Source: a virus (Duplodnaviria; Caudoviricetes). From it: DNA of 64,000 nucleotides. Under the pieces are notes generated by a model. It searched no databases. It had not been told where the DNA came from and worked only from the letters and a program-made list of their open reading frames with translations. Shown piece by piece: positions 27,401 to 35,620 of this stretch. Within the stretch, counting starts at the first letter, position 1; each line of letters opens with the position of its first letter. The translations under genes were made by a program, and so were the position numbers. The DNA lies in IMG/VR virus record IMGVR_UViG_3300020465_001196; one strand, given 5' to 3'.

Positions 27401-27910
27401 TGTGATAGAACCGTCATTTGTTAACACCCAACCAGTGTCTGCGTTTACAGTACCTTCTTCAACGAATGAGAAAGCACCAGGAGTTACTTCTGAGTTAGCA
27501 TCGTAGTCAGTTGCTCTGTCTGGAGCGCCTGATGCCTTAACAGTATATATACCGTTTTCAGAACCGTCTGCCTGGTTTTTGATTAATATTCTGTCACCCG
27601 TAGCAAGTGACACACCGTCAATGGTATCACCATTAACGAAGTCTGAAGCAAGTGTTCCTGCCGCAGTAGTTGCCGCTCTAACTGAATCTTTAACGTCAAG
27701 ACCAGCCTTAGTAGCATCTACATATGATTTAGATGTAGCATCATTGGCATTTGATGGAGTTGAAGCAACTCTAACATTTGACAATGTTGAACCATCTGTA
27801 GTAAATTTGAAGAAAGATGATGATGAATCATAAATTAATCTACCACCACTTTTACCAAATTGTACGTCAGAACCTATACCTGCTAGACCAAAGTTTTTAA
27901 CTGTAGCCAT
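24494..27910 (-). CDS. long virion fibre/structural protein with internal repeats
   Basis: 1138 aa, Gly/Ala/Thr/Ser-rich; DATSKSYVD and GDRILIKNQ...ENGIY motifs; three ~47-aa VQAYDAQL...IIVGDGSNFV...AR.SLGL repeats. Confidence 0.8.
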   Translation of the reverse strand: MATVKNFGLAGIGSDVQFGKSGGRLIYDSSSSFFKFTTDGSTLSNVRVASTPSNANDATSKSYVDATKAGLDVKDSVRAATTAAGTLASDFVNGDTIDGVSLATGDRILIKNQADGSENGIYTVKASGAPDRATDYDANSEVTPGAFSFVEEGTVNADTGWVLTNDGSITVGTTALTFTQFSGAGLITAGDGLAKSGNNLSVNVDDSTLEIDSDTLKIKSTYAGQTSITTLGTIATGTWAATDVAVAHGGTGASTASDARTNLGLAIGSDVQAYDAQLADVAGLTPSDGNIIVGDGSNFVAESGNTARTSLGLGTGDTPTFNGAAMSSAKITGLGAPTADTDASTKKYVDDSVAASNTLAEMGDVTLTTPADGSMLLYDTGNSVWIDNVMSGDATLADTGAITLTDSNSTRSNLGLAIGSDVQAYDAQLADVAGLAVTDGGIIVGDGSNFVLETGATARASLGLTIGTNVQAYDADLDAIAALAKGDGNIIVGNGSTWVAESGATARTSLGLGSIATQDAGSVALTGGSITGVTTFSTGTLGSTATIDGSMAITGDLAVTGDLTVSGNSITLDVGTVTSEDKYIQVNSGATSQETGLAGGVEIKRSSTANTNQFAFMNFDDSTDSFTFKTGSANQASVSDATMRFGTIAAGTWNGTVIGRAYGGFGASISGHGNNSLVEADGGEIAVGSTGQYLRSDGTNFSASALSASDLSGTVAAANGGLGTNVSAFAASSIITTDGDGTVSELAKGSNSTVLKVSSGGTLQYAQADLTADVTGTLPVGNGGTGLAAVGTVNKYLRSTGSANQYDYVSALRDAAGKSAIEVSGTLTDNIKLVMTNTASNVTLTATDPDDNSADIDLVLKGQGDGVVVISEAAGGNSLVMGDDNMDLTVSGGAANSGAAGDAVIKGGNGTGGNASGDVIIRGGTGGSAEGKVKINDSSNNEIAIFERTASAVNEVTITNAATSNAPAISTTGGDSHIDLLLSPKGNGVVNVPANYESLTITDDTLVTKAWVNANVVTTTDDLTIRTAIASGATTTTIGSMPNAGSTTYYVAKVTVHVTTAFSGGSIDHVTLSDGTTTFVANADADIKTAGTYVIDVPFATATAGGATFTMAYLQSGGAASTPTGGAGIVTVEYKALT

Positions 27911-28081
27911 TATATTATCTCCCTATATAAGCTATATTCAAATTTAGTTTAATTTCGGGAGGGTCTGCCTCATTGTTATTCTATTATCCACTTTCGTTCG
28001 GAGTGGTTAGTAATATTTATAATGTAATGATGAAAATTATAGTTGTATATTAACATATAACTTAATATTTAATTCAAAAGA

Positions 28082-28106
28082 AAAGGGCTTATATTTCTAT
28101 AAGCCC
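28082..28106 (-). terminator. rho-independent terminator
   Basis: GGGCTTATAGAAATATAAGCCC followed by TTTT on minus strand. Confidence 0.75.
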
Positions 28107-28125
28107 CCTCTCAATATTTTAGTTA

Positions 28126-28386
28126 TTATGCGATTGAACCCCAGTCGATTGTATCAACTGATGCTACTGCAATACCGCCCATGTCAAAACTGTTCGTAAG
28201 CATAGTACCTTGTACACCTGCTCCGTGAACGTGTTGTGGAAAGTTAGTGTTTCCTTCAGTTAAAATACCGAAGTTAGTAAAACCATTTCCTGGATCAAAA
28301 ACTTTTCTAACATTTGATTTGATTTCAAAGTTCTTGATTTTAACATTGTTTAATGCTTTAAGGTTAAAATATCTAATGTTTGCCAT
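28126..28386 (-). CDS. small putative virion protein
   Basis: Co-transcribed with fibre gene; C-terminal DWGSI motif. Confidence 0.65.
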   Translation of the reverse strand: MANIRYFNLKALNNVKIKNFEIKSNVRKVFDPGNGFTNFGILTEGNTNFPQHVHGAGVQGTMLTNSFDMGGIAVASVDTIDWGSIA

Positions 28387-28408
28387 TGTGATTCTCCTAT
28401 CCTTTAAA

Positions 28409-29761
28409 TTACATTAAGTTAATTAATACTTCGATAACACCTGTTTCGCCATCGAAATCTTCTAATGCTTTACCAATCATGTGACCACATTTTGCTTCGC
28501 CAGCCATAGCATGACCTGCCACGTCTGAAGTGCAAAGTAAATCACCTTTTCTAACTGTACCTGCAACTTTACAAGGAACTCTTCCTGTTAAAGCCACGTA
28601 TGGGTGTGTAGCGTCACTACCTGCTTCTGAGTTCATCATGTAAGCTGGAGCTGAAGATACAACACCTGCTACTTTATGATCATAACCTGTTGAAGACATA
28701 GTAATTTCTTTGTCGCCACCGAAGATAACAACTGTACCAGCATCATATTGTGCGTCTGATTCGTATCTCTCAGCCAAATCCGCGTATTGCGCCGATGTTG
28801 CTGTAGCAGTAATAGTACCTGCCGCAAAGTTACCTGAACCATCTCTAATTACAACTTTGTTTGCTGTATTAGCCGTAGCCGCATCATTCATTGATAATGA
28901 TTGGTAGTATGTTGTACCGTCTAAAGTTAATTCCCAAACATCTGATGTTTCGTTCCATCTGAAGTCAACGTTTGCAGAAGTACCTCTGTTTACTTCGATA
29001 CCTGCGTTGTCTGATGGTGCACCAGTTTCGTTTGAGTTTAACTCAATAATGTTATCAGCTAATTTGATTGTCTCAGTATTAACTGTTGTAGTTGTTCCTG
29101 ATACTGTTAAGTCACCAGATACAATAACGTTGTTTGAAAACGTTTTGTTTCCAGCGATTGTTTGTGTACCAGTTACCATCGCATATCTGGCATCCGCATA
29201 TGATCTAGGTATAGCTGATGAATCACCAACGTTACCTGTACCAACACCAAGGATGTCATTTGAATTTAATTGTAAGTCGTTATTGAAGTCGATTTCTGAA
29301 CCTGTTGATGAAATTGCTTTTCCATCAGTAAGTTGAACGTTACCTTTAAGTGCAATTGCACCTGTAGCCGGAGTTAATTCAACATCACCTGAACCTAATG
29401 CTTTAACGATAACATTTTCGTTAGTGTCACCTGATAATGTTACATCACCAGAATCAACACCCATCGCCGCTACACCATTAATGTAAAGTGTAGAAGGACC
29501 TACGTAAATATCACCCCACATAGCAGACGATGAACCTAAGTTATAAGTTACGTTTGCTGAAGGTATTAAGTGAGCACCAATTGAAGTAGATGCTACGTTT
29601 GATAAATCGATTTTCGCTAACTCGTGTCCGCCTGCTTGTGAACCGTCATGTACGTGAACTGAATTACGTGTAGTATTGACTGTTAACTCACCTGCTAAAC
29701 CAGTAAAAGAACCGTGCTCTGTTGCTGTTCCTCTACGTCTTTGAATTGCATAACTTGCCAT
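28409..29761 (-). CDS. tail fibre protein with Mtd_N-like N-terminus and chaperone-like C-terminus
   Basis: IQRRRGT...FTGLAGELTV...VHDG..AGGHEL; C-terminal ATSAQYADLAERY...VALTGRVPCKV...IGKALE. Confidence 0.85.
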   Translation of the reverse strand: MASYAIQRRRGTATEHGSFTGLAGELTVNTTRNSVHVHDGSQAGGHELAKIDLSNVASTSIGAHLIPSANVTYNLGSSSAMWGDIYVGPSTLYINGVAAMGVDSGDVTLSGDTNENVIVKALGSGDVELTPATGAIALKGNVQLTDGKAISSTGSEIDFNNDLQLNSNDILGVGTGNVGDSSAIPRSYADARYAMVTGTQTIAGNKTFSNNVIVSGDLTVSGTTTTVNTETIKLADNIIELNSNETGAPSDNAGIEVNRGTSANVDFRWNETSDVWELTLDGTTYYQSLSMNDAATANTANKVVIRDGSGNFAAGTITATATSAQYADLAERYESDAQYDAGTVVIFGGDKEITMSSTGYDHKVAGVVSSAPAYMMNSEAGSDATHPYVALTGRVPCKVAGTVRKGDLLCTSDVAGHAMAGEAKCGHMIGKALEDFDGETGVIEVLINLM

Positions 29762-29946
29762 TTTATATTGCTCCTATATCGATATATTAGACATATAGTT
29801 TATTCTTTTTCCATATGTTTTTGATAAATTCCGAATAGAGTCGCGTCTCCCTACTCAAGTATATTTAACCTTTTTGCTTGAAATTTAAGTGATTATTTAA
29901 TATACATATAATAATTAAACATAATTCATTATCAAAGCACTTAAAT

Positions 29947-30741
29947 ATGTATATGAAGTTCACAGTCAGCAGACATCAATGGAATTTAGACCTACACAAA
30001 GTAGCCGAAGAGCTAGAAATGCCAGTACCTCACACAGCAATTTTGAAAATGAGTGGTGGATTAGACAGCACCGCAATGGGCTATTGTGTAGCCCTATACA
30101 AAAAGCATGAATATCATGATCTTAAATTAAAAGTAGTAACCATCAACGGTTATGCTCCAAAGAATTGGAACAGAATGTATGCTCACAGAATACTAGACAG
30201 AATCACACATTTAACTGGTGTAGATTTTGATGAAAGAATTGTAGGTGAACAAGCAACACCAGGATTGTCTGCACAACAAGAACGTGAATATGTTGGTCGC
30301 GAAGAGCTGTGGATAGACGGTGATGTTGATCCATATGGTACAGCAGTTCAAAAAACAGCAGAACCTCATTGGACAGAAGGCACAGTTGCATTCACAGGTG
30401 TTACGGCTAATCCTCCTACACATTTAACACAGTTTTACCAAGATTATTTGCCAGAAGTATACGGTGGAGATTATCAAGCACCAGAACTACAGGTAAGAAC
30501 TCCTAACAAAATACGTCAAGAATATGACAAATCAAATAGCACAAATAGAATGTGGTGGCAACCGTGGACTAATTGGCACAAACAAGATCTAGCAGAACTG
30601 TATAACAATTTAAGCATTATGGACACACTATTTCCTTTAACAAGATCCTGCGAAGGTATGGGTAGCGAAATAATTGCACAAAAACATTGTGGCGAATGTT
30701 GGTGGTGTCAAGAACGTCTCTGGGGCTTCGGAAAATTGTAA
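29947..30741 (+). CDS. QueC-like PP-loop ATP pyrophosphatase (second paralogue)
   Basis: MSGGLDS; TRSC...CGECWWCQER. Confidence 0.8.
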   Translation: MYMKFTVSRHQWNLDLHKVAEELEMPVPHTAILKMSGGLDSTAMGYCVALYKKHEYHDLKLKVVTINGYAPKNWNRMYAHRILDRITHLTGVDFDERIVGEQATPGLSAQQEREYVGREELWIDGDVDPYGTAVQKTAEPHWTEGTVAFTGVTANPPTHLTQFYQDYLPEVYGGDYQAPELQVRTPNKIRQEYDKSNSTNRMWWQPWTNWHKQDLAELYNNLSIMDTLFPLTRSCEGMGSEIIAQKHCGECWWCQERLWGFGKL

Positions 30742-30752
30742 TAAGTAATAGT

Positions 30753-31067
30753 ATGAACAAAAAACAAATTCTAGACAGTTTAACAAGTTTAATACCATAC
30801 AAAAAATACGAAAATCTAGGAGAAGAAGCAGAGCATATCAAAGATGTAATAGGTCCAAATAGAAAGTTTAACGACAGATCTATATGCTCATTGCTAGGTG
30901 CTATACACGACATAACAGACGATCCAGACATCAAACAACTAGCATTAGAAGCCATATGGATGTCCGAACGTATGCACAAGAGAATTAGATTGCTCAAAGG
31001 CAGAGAAGATATTTGGTTAGAAATTCTCGACCCATCACATCCAGAAAACGACAAATACAAAAAATAA
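30753..31067 (+). CDS. hypothetical protein
   Basis: Start refined to 30753 (MNKKQILD). Confidence 0.7.
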   Translation: MNKKQILDSLTSLIPYKKYENLGEEAEHIKDVIGPNRKFNDRSICSLLGAIHDITDDPDIKQLALEAIWMSERMHKRIRLLKGREDIWLEILDPSHPENDKYKK

Positions 31068-31592
31068 GGCAACGCCTTTACTTGCGGATTTTATCCGCAT
31101 TTAGGCCCCTCGGCGGCTATGCAGGAGTAGTAGGTGTATCGTGTTTCAATATAAGATCGTATAGAACAGCTCTAACTCATATTCATCTTTATAGAGGACA
31201 CGTCTATTCAACTCTAGGACTTCATAAAACTACCGTCAGGAACACTTAATCCAGATTCAGTTAACAACATCCATCGAGTCAGAATATTCTCAAGTACGTC
31301 TCCACTCTAGCAATATGTTAGATTAGGCCCCAACGTCCATTCACTCACCATCCATCATATCTCTATCAGATGAGTTGCAGTAGAGCCAGTGAGATTCTGT
31401 TCTTGCACCCCCACTTATAATCTGACACCGTGTTGAGAACGGTGGTGTAGTGTAATGGGAAAACGAATATGAAAATCACGAAGTGATTTGATGTTGAGTT
31501 TTACATTAAAATAGGACTTCCTAAAAATTTAACCGCACATACAATTATAATGCAATATACCGCGGTATGCCCCCTGGCCAATAAATAACTAT

Positions 31593-32156
31593 ATGAAAAA
31601 GCCTTATTTCCATGTACCAGAATTAGATTTAACTGAAGAACAAAGATCTAAACTATTCAATAAATTTAAATCAAAAAGAAATACTGAATTGTTTAGACTT
31701 AAATTTGAGAAACGTGAAAAACTAATTTATAACTTATCAACATATTACGCAAATATTAATTTTGTATCTGAATTCTTTGCTGATAACTTACTTAATGATA
31801 TTAAAACTATTTCATCAGAATTTGATCCAAATGATAAATGGGGAAAGACTTCATCATATGAGTTTATGCAAACTACTGGACCTATTGAAAAGCATTGTGA
31901 TAAGGTACGTCATGCTACAATAATAATTCCACTATATGATCCAGAATGTAATAAACTTCAATGGTGGAATAAAAAAGAAACAAAAATTATAGATACTTTA
32001 GATTATAAATTTAAAACATGGATTCTAAATGTAAAATGTCCTCACAGTATGTTGACTGCTTCTAAAACAAGAATAAGTTTTCAAGCAAGTATATATGGAT
32101 ATACGTTTGATGAAATAAAAGAAATGTATGACTCAGGTAAAATATTTAAAGATTAA
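31593..32156 (+). CDS. Fe(II)/2OG-type oxygenase, paralogue of 18899-19507
   Basis: Shared FHVPELDL..QRS N-terminus; HCD...PHS...R. Confidence 0.65.
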   Translation: MKKPYFHVPELDLTEEQRSKLFNKFKSKRNTELFRLKFEKREKLIYNLSTYYANINFVSEFFADNLLNDIKTISSEFDPNDKWGKTSSYEFMQTTGPIEKHCDKVRHATIIIPLYDPECNKLQWWNKKETKIIDTLDYKFKTWILNVKCPHSMLTASKTRISFQASIYGYTFDEIKEMYDSGKIFKD

Positions 32157-33313
32157 TGAAACGTCCATTCATACAATTGTGGATTAACTACTTGCAAACT
32201 AGTTTCTCTAACCGTATCTAATTTATGTGTAAAATCTCTATAGTCTTTAAGTGCTTCTTGGTTATAGTAATCGTTATTTAAAAATTTTATTAATGGCTCA
32301 CGTATAATTTCTGTTTTAAGATTACTAACTATTTTAATACATTCATTTATATGTTCTTTGCTTAACACTTTTCTTATATCTGTATAGTGTGGGCCGCGTA
32401 CAAATGCATTGTAAGGAGTTAAGTTATTATCAAGTAACCATTCTTCAGTTTCTTCTAATTTATTAACATTGTATACACTATGAGCCATATGCAATCTTAA
32501 TTGTATATTTGGATATTCTTTAGATAACTCTTTCCATTTTTTAATATTAGTGTTGTATTGTTCCCAATTTAATCCACTACGTATATACTCTGCTAAACTG
32601 CCAATACTTTCTCCACTAATTCTTAAATCAACAATATCAAATTTAGTTAAGTGATCTATTATAGATTGTTTTGGAAATATACTTGCGTTAGTATTAAATT
32701 GTATAACTGTTTCATCTGTTTTAGCTCTTTCAGTTATAATTTGTAAGAACTCATCTAGGTGCCTAGTCATAAATGGCTCTCCACCAAACACTCCAACTTC
32801 TCTTAATTTAGATAAATCTAACTTTTTTAAATCATTTATAATTTCTTTTTCACGTACAAATGTTTGTTGAGGTGTTGTTTGAATTGCTAGATGATCATAG
32901 TCAAATGGTATGTTTCTTTTTTGCATTTCTTCAATGTCTTTGTTCCACTCTGTACTACTATGTGGACCACAATACAAACATTTAAAATTACAAAATGCAC
33001 TAAAGGCTACTTGTAAAAATGCAACTTGCCCAGGATTTATTTTGTGTTTGTTAATTGTTTTTACTGAATTAATTCTTGGGCCATATGTTGGACTTATTTT
33101 TTCTTCTTGAGTACACTTATAACAAATATTGTTTTTAAAATTTTCATAAAGATACTCTGGATCTTTCATTGCTCCAATTTGTTCTTCAATAGTATTGTGT
33201 GTATATTTTTTATCAGGAAATGTTTTTATTAAACAACAAGGCTTAAACTTGCCATCCATTGCTGTTGGTTCAATAAAAATTCCGTTTCTAAGATATCCAC
33301 AATCAGTTTTCAT
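32153..33313 (-). CDS. N-terminal twitch-domain radical SAM enzyme
   Basis: N-terminal C...PCC...CYKC; CNFKCLYC; FGGEP. Confidence 0.88.
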   Translation of the reverse strand: MKTDCGYLRNGIFIEPTAMDGKFKPCCLIKTFPDKKYTHNTIEEQIGAMKDPEYLYENFKNNICYKCTQEEKISPTYGPRINSVKTINKHKINPGQVAFLQVAFSAFCNFKCLYCGPHSSTEWNKDIEEMQKRNIPFDYDHLAIQTTPQQTFVREKEIINDLKKLDLSKLREVGVFGGEPFMTRHLDEFLQIITERAKTDETVIQFNTNASIFPKQSIIDHLTKFDIVDLRISGESIGSLAEYIRSGLNWEQYNTNIKKWKELSKEYPNIQLRLHMAHSVYNVNKLEETEEWLLDNNLTPYNAFVRGPHYTDIRKVLSKEHINECIKIVSNLKTEIIREPLIKFLNNDYYNQEALKDYRDFTHKLDTVRETSLQVVNPQLYEWTFH

Positions 33314-34689
33314 TATTGTATCTGCAACATTGTTCTAATAAGCTCAATCCAATAAGTAGTATGATTCTTTTTTAGAAACACTTCTCTATTGTGTCTTAAC
33401 TTATCCCAAACTTTAATATACATATTTTGTAGCTCTGTTTGATCTAAAGCACAAACAGTTTTGATATTTTCCATAACATGATAAAATCTTTGTGAATGAT
33501 CTGTTATTTTATCATAATGCTCATCAAACCAAATTTGATCAAATGTTTCATATCCTTCTTCATGTAAGTATTCTAAAAGACCAGGATGCCCTACAAGTAT
33601 AAATGGTTGAAGATTCATAATTGGTTTGAACAGTTTTTCTGTAACAAAAAATGATGGCTCTGCTGGCCATGTTTCAGTTGTAACATTAAAGTAAGTATCA
33701 AGATAATGTTGTGCTGTCATACCTCTGTTGTGCCATGCATCATGTTCTGCATTTACATCTAATTGTATTTCTTCAATGTTATTACCATGTTCTCTATGAT
33801 AATCTAATACTTCAAGCATAGATCTATCGCCTGTGTATTTTTCTATTGGCTTATACACAAAATGATCAGGATTATAAGGGATATCAAACTTGTTTAGATA
33901 ACTTACTACTCCATGCTTCATTAGATCATTTCTTTTTAATTCAGTCATTAGCCATTTACGGTGTGGCCTACCTCCGCCATTCAAACATAAAAACTTTTTA
34001 GGTCTTGGCTTATACATTGTATCACCATCTAAAGGAACAAGTTCTTTTGATTCTCTTTCTGTTCCTATTACCATGTTTTTGATATAGTCTGAAAACTCCC
34101 AAGCAAAATGATCATACACAAATACATTTTGCAAAAAGTATTCGTAAAAAGGACCTTGACCAGATGACATATACTTTTGATAATTTTCATCAAACTTTTG
34201 ATCACCAAATATTAATATAAAGTTTTCTTTTGGTATCTTTAACCAACCCAAACTTCTTTCAACAACATTAATCCAATTTACTTGATTAACTGGAAAGGCT
34301 TCGTACGCATAATACAATATAAGTTTTGCCTGTCCTTTACGTAATGCATCTAGTGTATGCTGTTTTATATTACCAAACATATTTTCTGTAAGCAATGATA
34401 TGTCCATATGATTTGGTTCCATTACATACCAATCAGGAGTTCCGCTTATATTAGCACCAATCTCTTCTGGTTTAATATGTGTAATATCTATTCCTGCTTG
34501 ATCACACAGCAAAGGAAAAAACCCAAGGTTATATCTTTCCATTGGAATAAAACGGGTTAAAACATTTATATCATATCTGTCTTTCCATTTAGTATCCCAT
34601 TCTTTTATATACTTTGGATGTAGTCCGTTTGGCATGGGACCATTATCATTCCAGTTATCCCAAATTAGATTTATTTTTAAATTTTCCAT
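33313..34689 (-). CDS. putative glycosyltransferase-like protein
   Basis: FLCLN...RPHR...FNVTTET...TEKLFKPI...PFILVG...GYETF family motif; function inferred. Confidence 0.5.
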   Translation of the reverse strand: MENLKINLIWDNWNDNGPMPNGLHPKYIKEWDTKWKDRYDINVLTRFIPMERYNLGFFPLLCDQAGIDITHIKPEEIGANISGTPDWYVMEPNHMDISLLTENMFGNIKQHTLDALRKGQAKLILYYAYEAFPVNQVNWINVVERSLGWLKIPKENFILIFGDQKFDENYQKYMSSGQGPFYEYFLQNVFVYDHFAWEFSDYIKNMVIGTERESKELVPLDGDTMYKPRPKKFLCLNGGGRPHRKWLMTELKRNDLMKHGVVSYLNKFDIPYNPDHFVYKPIEKYTGDRSMLEVLDYHREHGNNIEEIQLDVNAEHDAWHNRGMTAQHYLDTYFNVTTETWPAEPSFFVTEKLFKPIMNLQPFILVGHPGLLEYLHEEGYETFDQIWFDEHYDKITDHSQRFYHVMENIKTVCALDQTELQNMYIKVWDKLRHNREVFLKKNHTTYWIELIRTMLQIQ

Positions 34690-34816
34690 ATTTTATAAGC
34701 TCTGTTAATAGTATTTATTTGTTATTATAACATAAGTTATTGCGTTATACAAACATTTAACTTGAGGTATAGGTCACCTAAATACTTATGACTATTAACA
34801 TTTTAGGAGAGCTGGT

Positions 34817-35152
34817 ATGTACGATGAAGATAACAAAAACGTTATTGAACAACTAAATGATAGAATAGATTTACTAGAAGAAAAAATCGAAAGATTGATT
34901 GATCTTTTAGAAATGGGTCATGAGTTTGATAATGATGATGAGCATGATGAAGATTACACTGATGAAGAATTAAATGATGAAAGCGACAGCGAGATTTGTG
35001 ACGATTGTTACGATGATCCTTGTGCTTGTTTACCTGAAGATTACGATTACGAAAACGAAGACGAAGATGAATCAGATGACGATGATGATTTTGAGTATGA
35101 CGAAGACGAAGTAATCGATGGTGATTACGAAGACGAAGACACTAAACACTAA
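34817..35152 (+). CDS. extremely acidic protein with N-terminal coiled coil and CxxC-x4-CxC
   Basis: 55 of 111 residues D/E (hand count); RBS AGGAG. Confidence 0.8.
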   Translation: MYDEDNKNVIEQLNDRIDLLEEKIERLIDLLEMGHEFDNDDEHDEDYTDEELNDESDSEICDDCYDDPCACLPEDYDYENEDEDESDDDDDFEYDEDEVIDGDYEDEDTKH

Positions 35153-35172
35153 AACTTTCTACACGTGAATAT

Positions 35173-35209
35173 AAGGGAGGAGTATAATTAAAATACTCCT
35201 TCCTTTTTT
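35173..35209 (+). terminator. rho-independent terminator
   Basis: AGGGAGGAGTAT-AATTAAA-ATACTCCTTCCT then T run. Confidence 0.75.
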
Positions 35210-35386
35210 TATGATTTATAAAAGAAATAAAAGTAATATAGATAATATTGCAATAACAACTGCGACTACCCCTGCTGTAGTATATATTGCATTCATAAAT
35301 TTTATCATTTTTAACTGCTTATGATCTTATTATAACATATAAAAATAATTTTGCAATACACGAGTTAGTTGTTATCCACAACTATT

Positions 35387-35463
35387 TGGCCTGCCCGGGA
35401 AGATTCGAACTTCCGACCTTCAGTTCCGCAAACTGACGCTCTATCCAACTGAGCTACGGGCAG
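35387..35463 (-). tRNA. tRNA-Arg(GCG), CCA encoded
   Basis: CTGCCCG acceptor, A20, TCAGT-TTGCGGA-ACTGA, G73. Confidence 0.92.
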
Positions 35464-35467
35464 TTGT

Positions 35468-35541
35468 TGGCTGGGGTAGATGGATTCGAACCACCGATGT
35501 CGGTACCAAAAACCGATGCCTTACCACTTGGCGATACCCCA
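35468..35541 (-). tRNA. tRNA-Gln(TTG), CCA encoded
   Basis: TGGGGTA acceptor U1-A72, TCGGT-TTTTGGT-ACCGA. Confidence 0.93.
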
Positions 35542-35542
35542 A

Positions 35543-35619
35543 TGGTAGCAGAGGCTGGGATCGAACCAGCGACCTCCGGCTTATGAGTCCGGCGCTCTAA
35601 CCAACTGAGCTACTCTGCC
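35543..35619 (-). tRNA. tRNA with CAT anticodon, elongator Met more likely than Ile2
   Basis: GGCAGAG acceptor, CCGGA-CTCATAA-GCCGG; lacks initiator C1:A72 and lacks C4:G69/C5:G68 TilS-type pairs. Confidence 0.88.
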
Positions 35620-35620
35620 A

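Noticed and set aside
24978-28907. Long plus-strand ORFs opposite the fibre genes (170, 103, 178 aa etc.)
   Set aside because: Antisense shadows caused by GCN/ACN/GGT-rich codons; low-complexity Pro/Val/Ala products without RBS
28409-29761. Diversity-generating retroelement suggested by the Mtd_N-like domain
   Set aside because: No reverse transcriptase, no TR/VR repeat pair, and the C-terminus is not a C-type-lectin variable domain
31300-31440. tmRNA or RNase P RNA (GGGGGTG and ACAGAATC on minus strand)
   Set aside because: No T-arm/CCA end or tag ORF, and no GAGGAAAGTCC core
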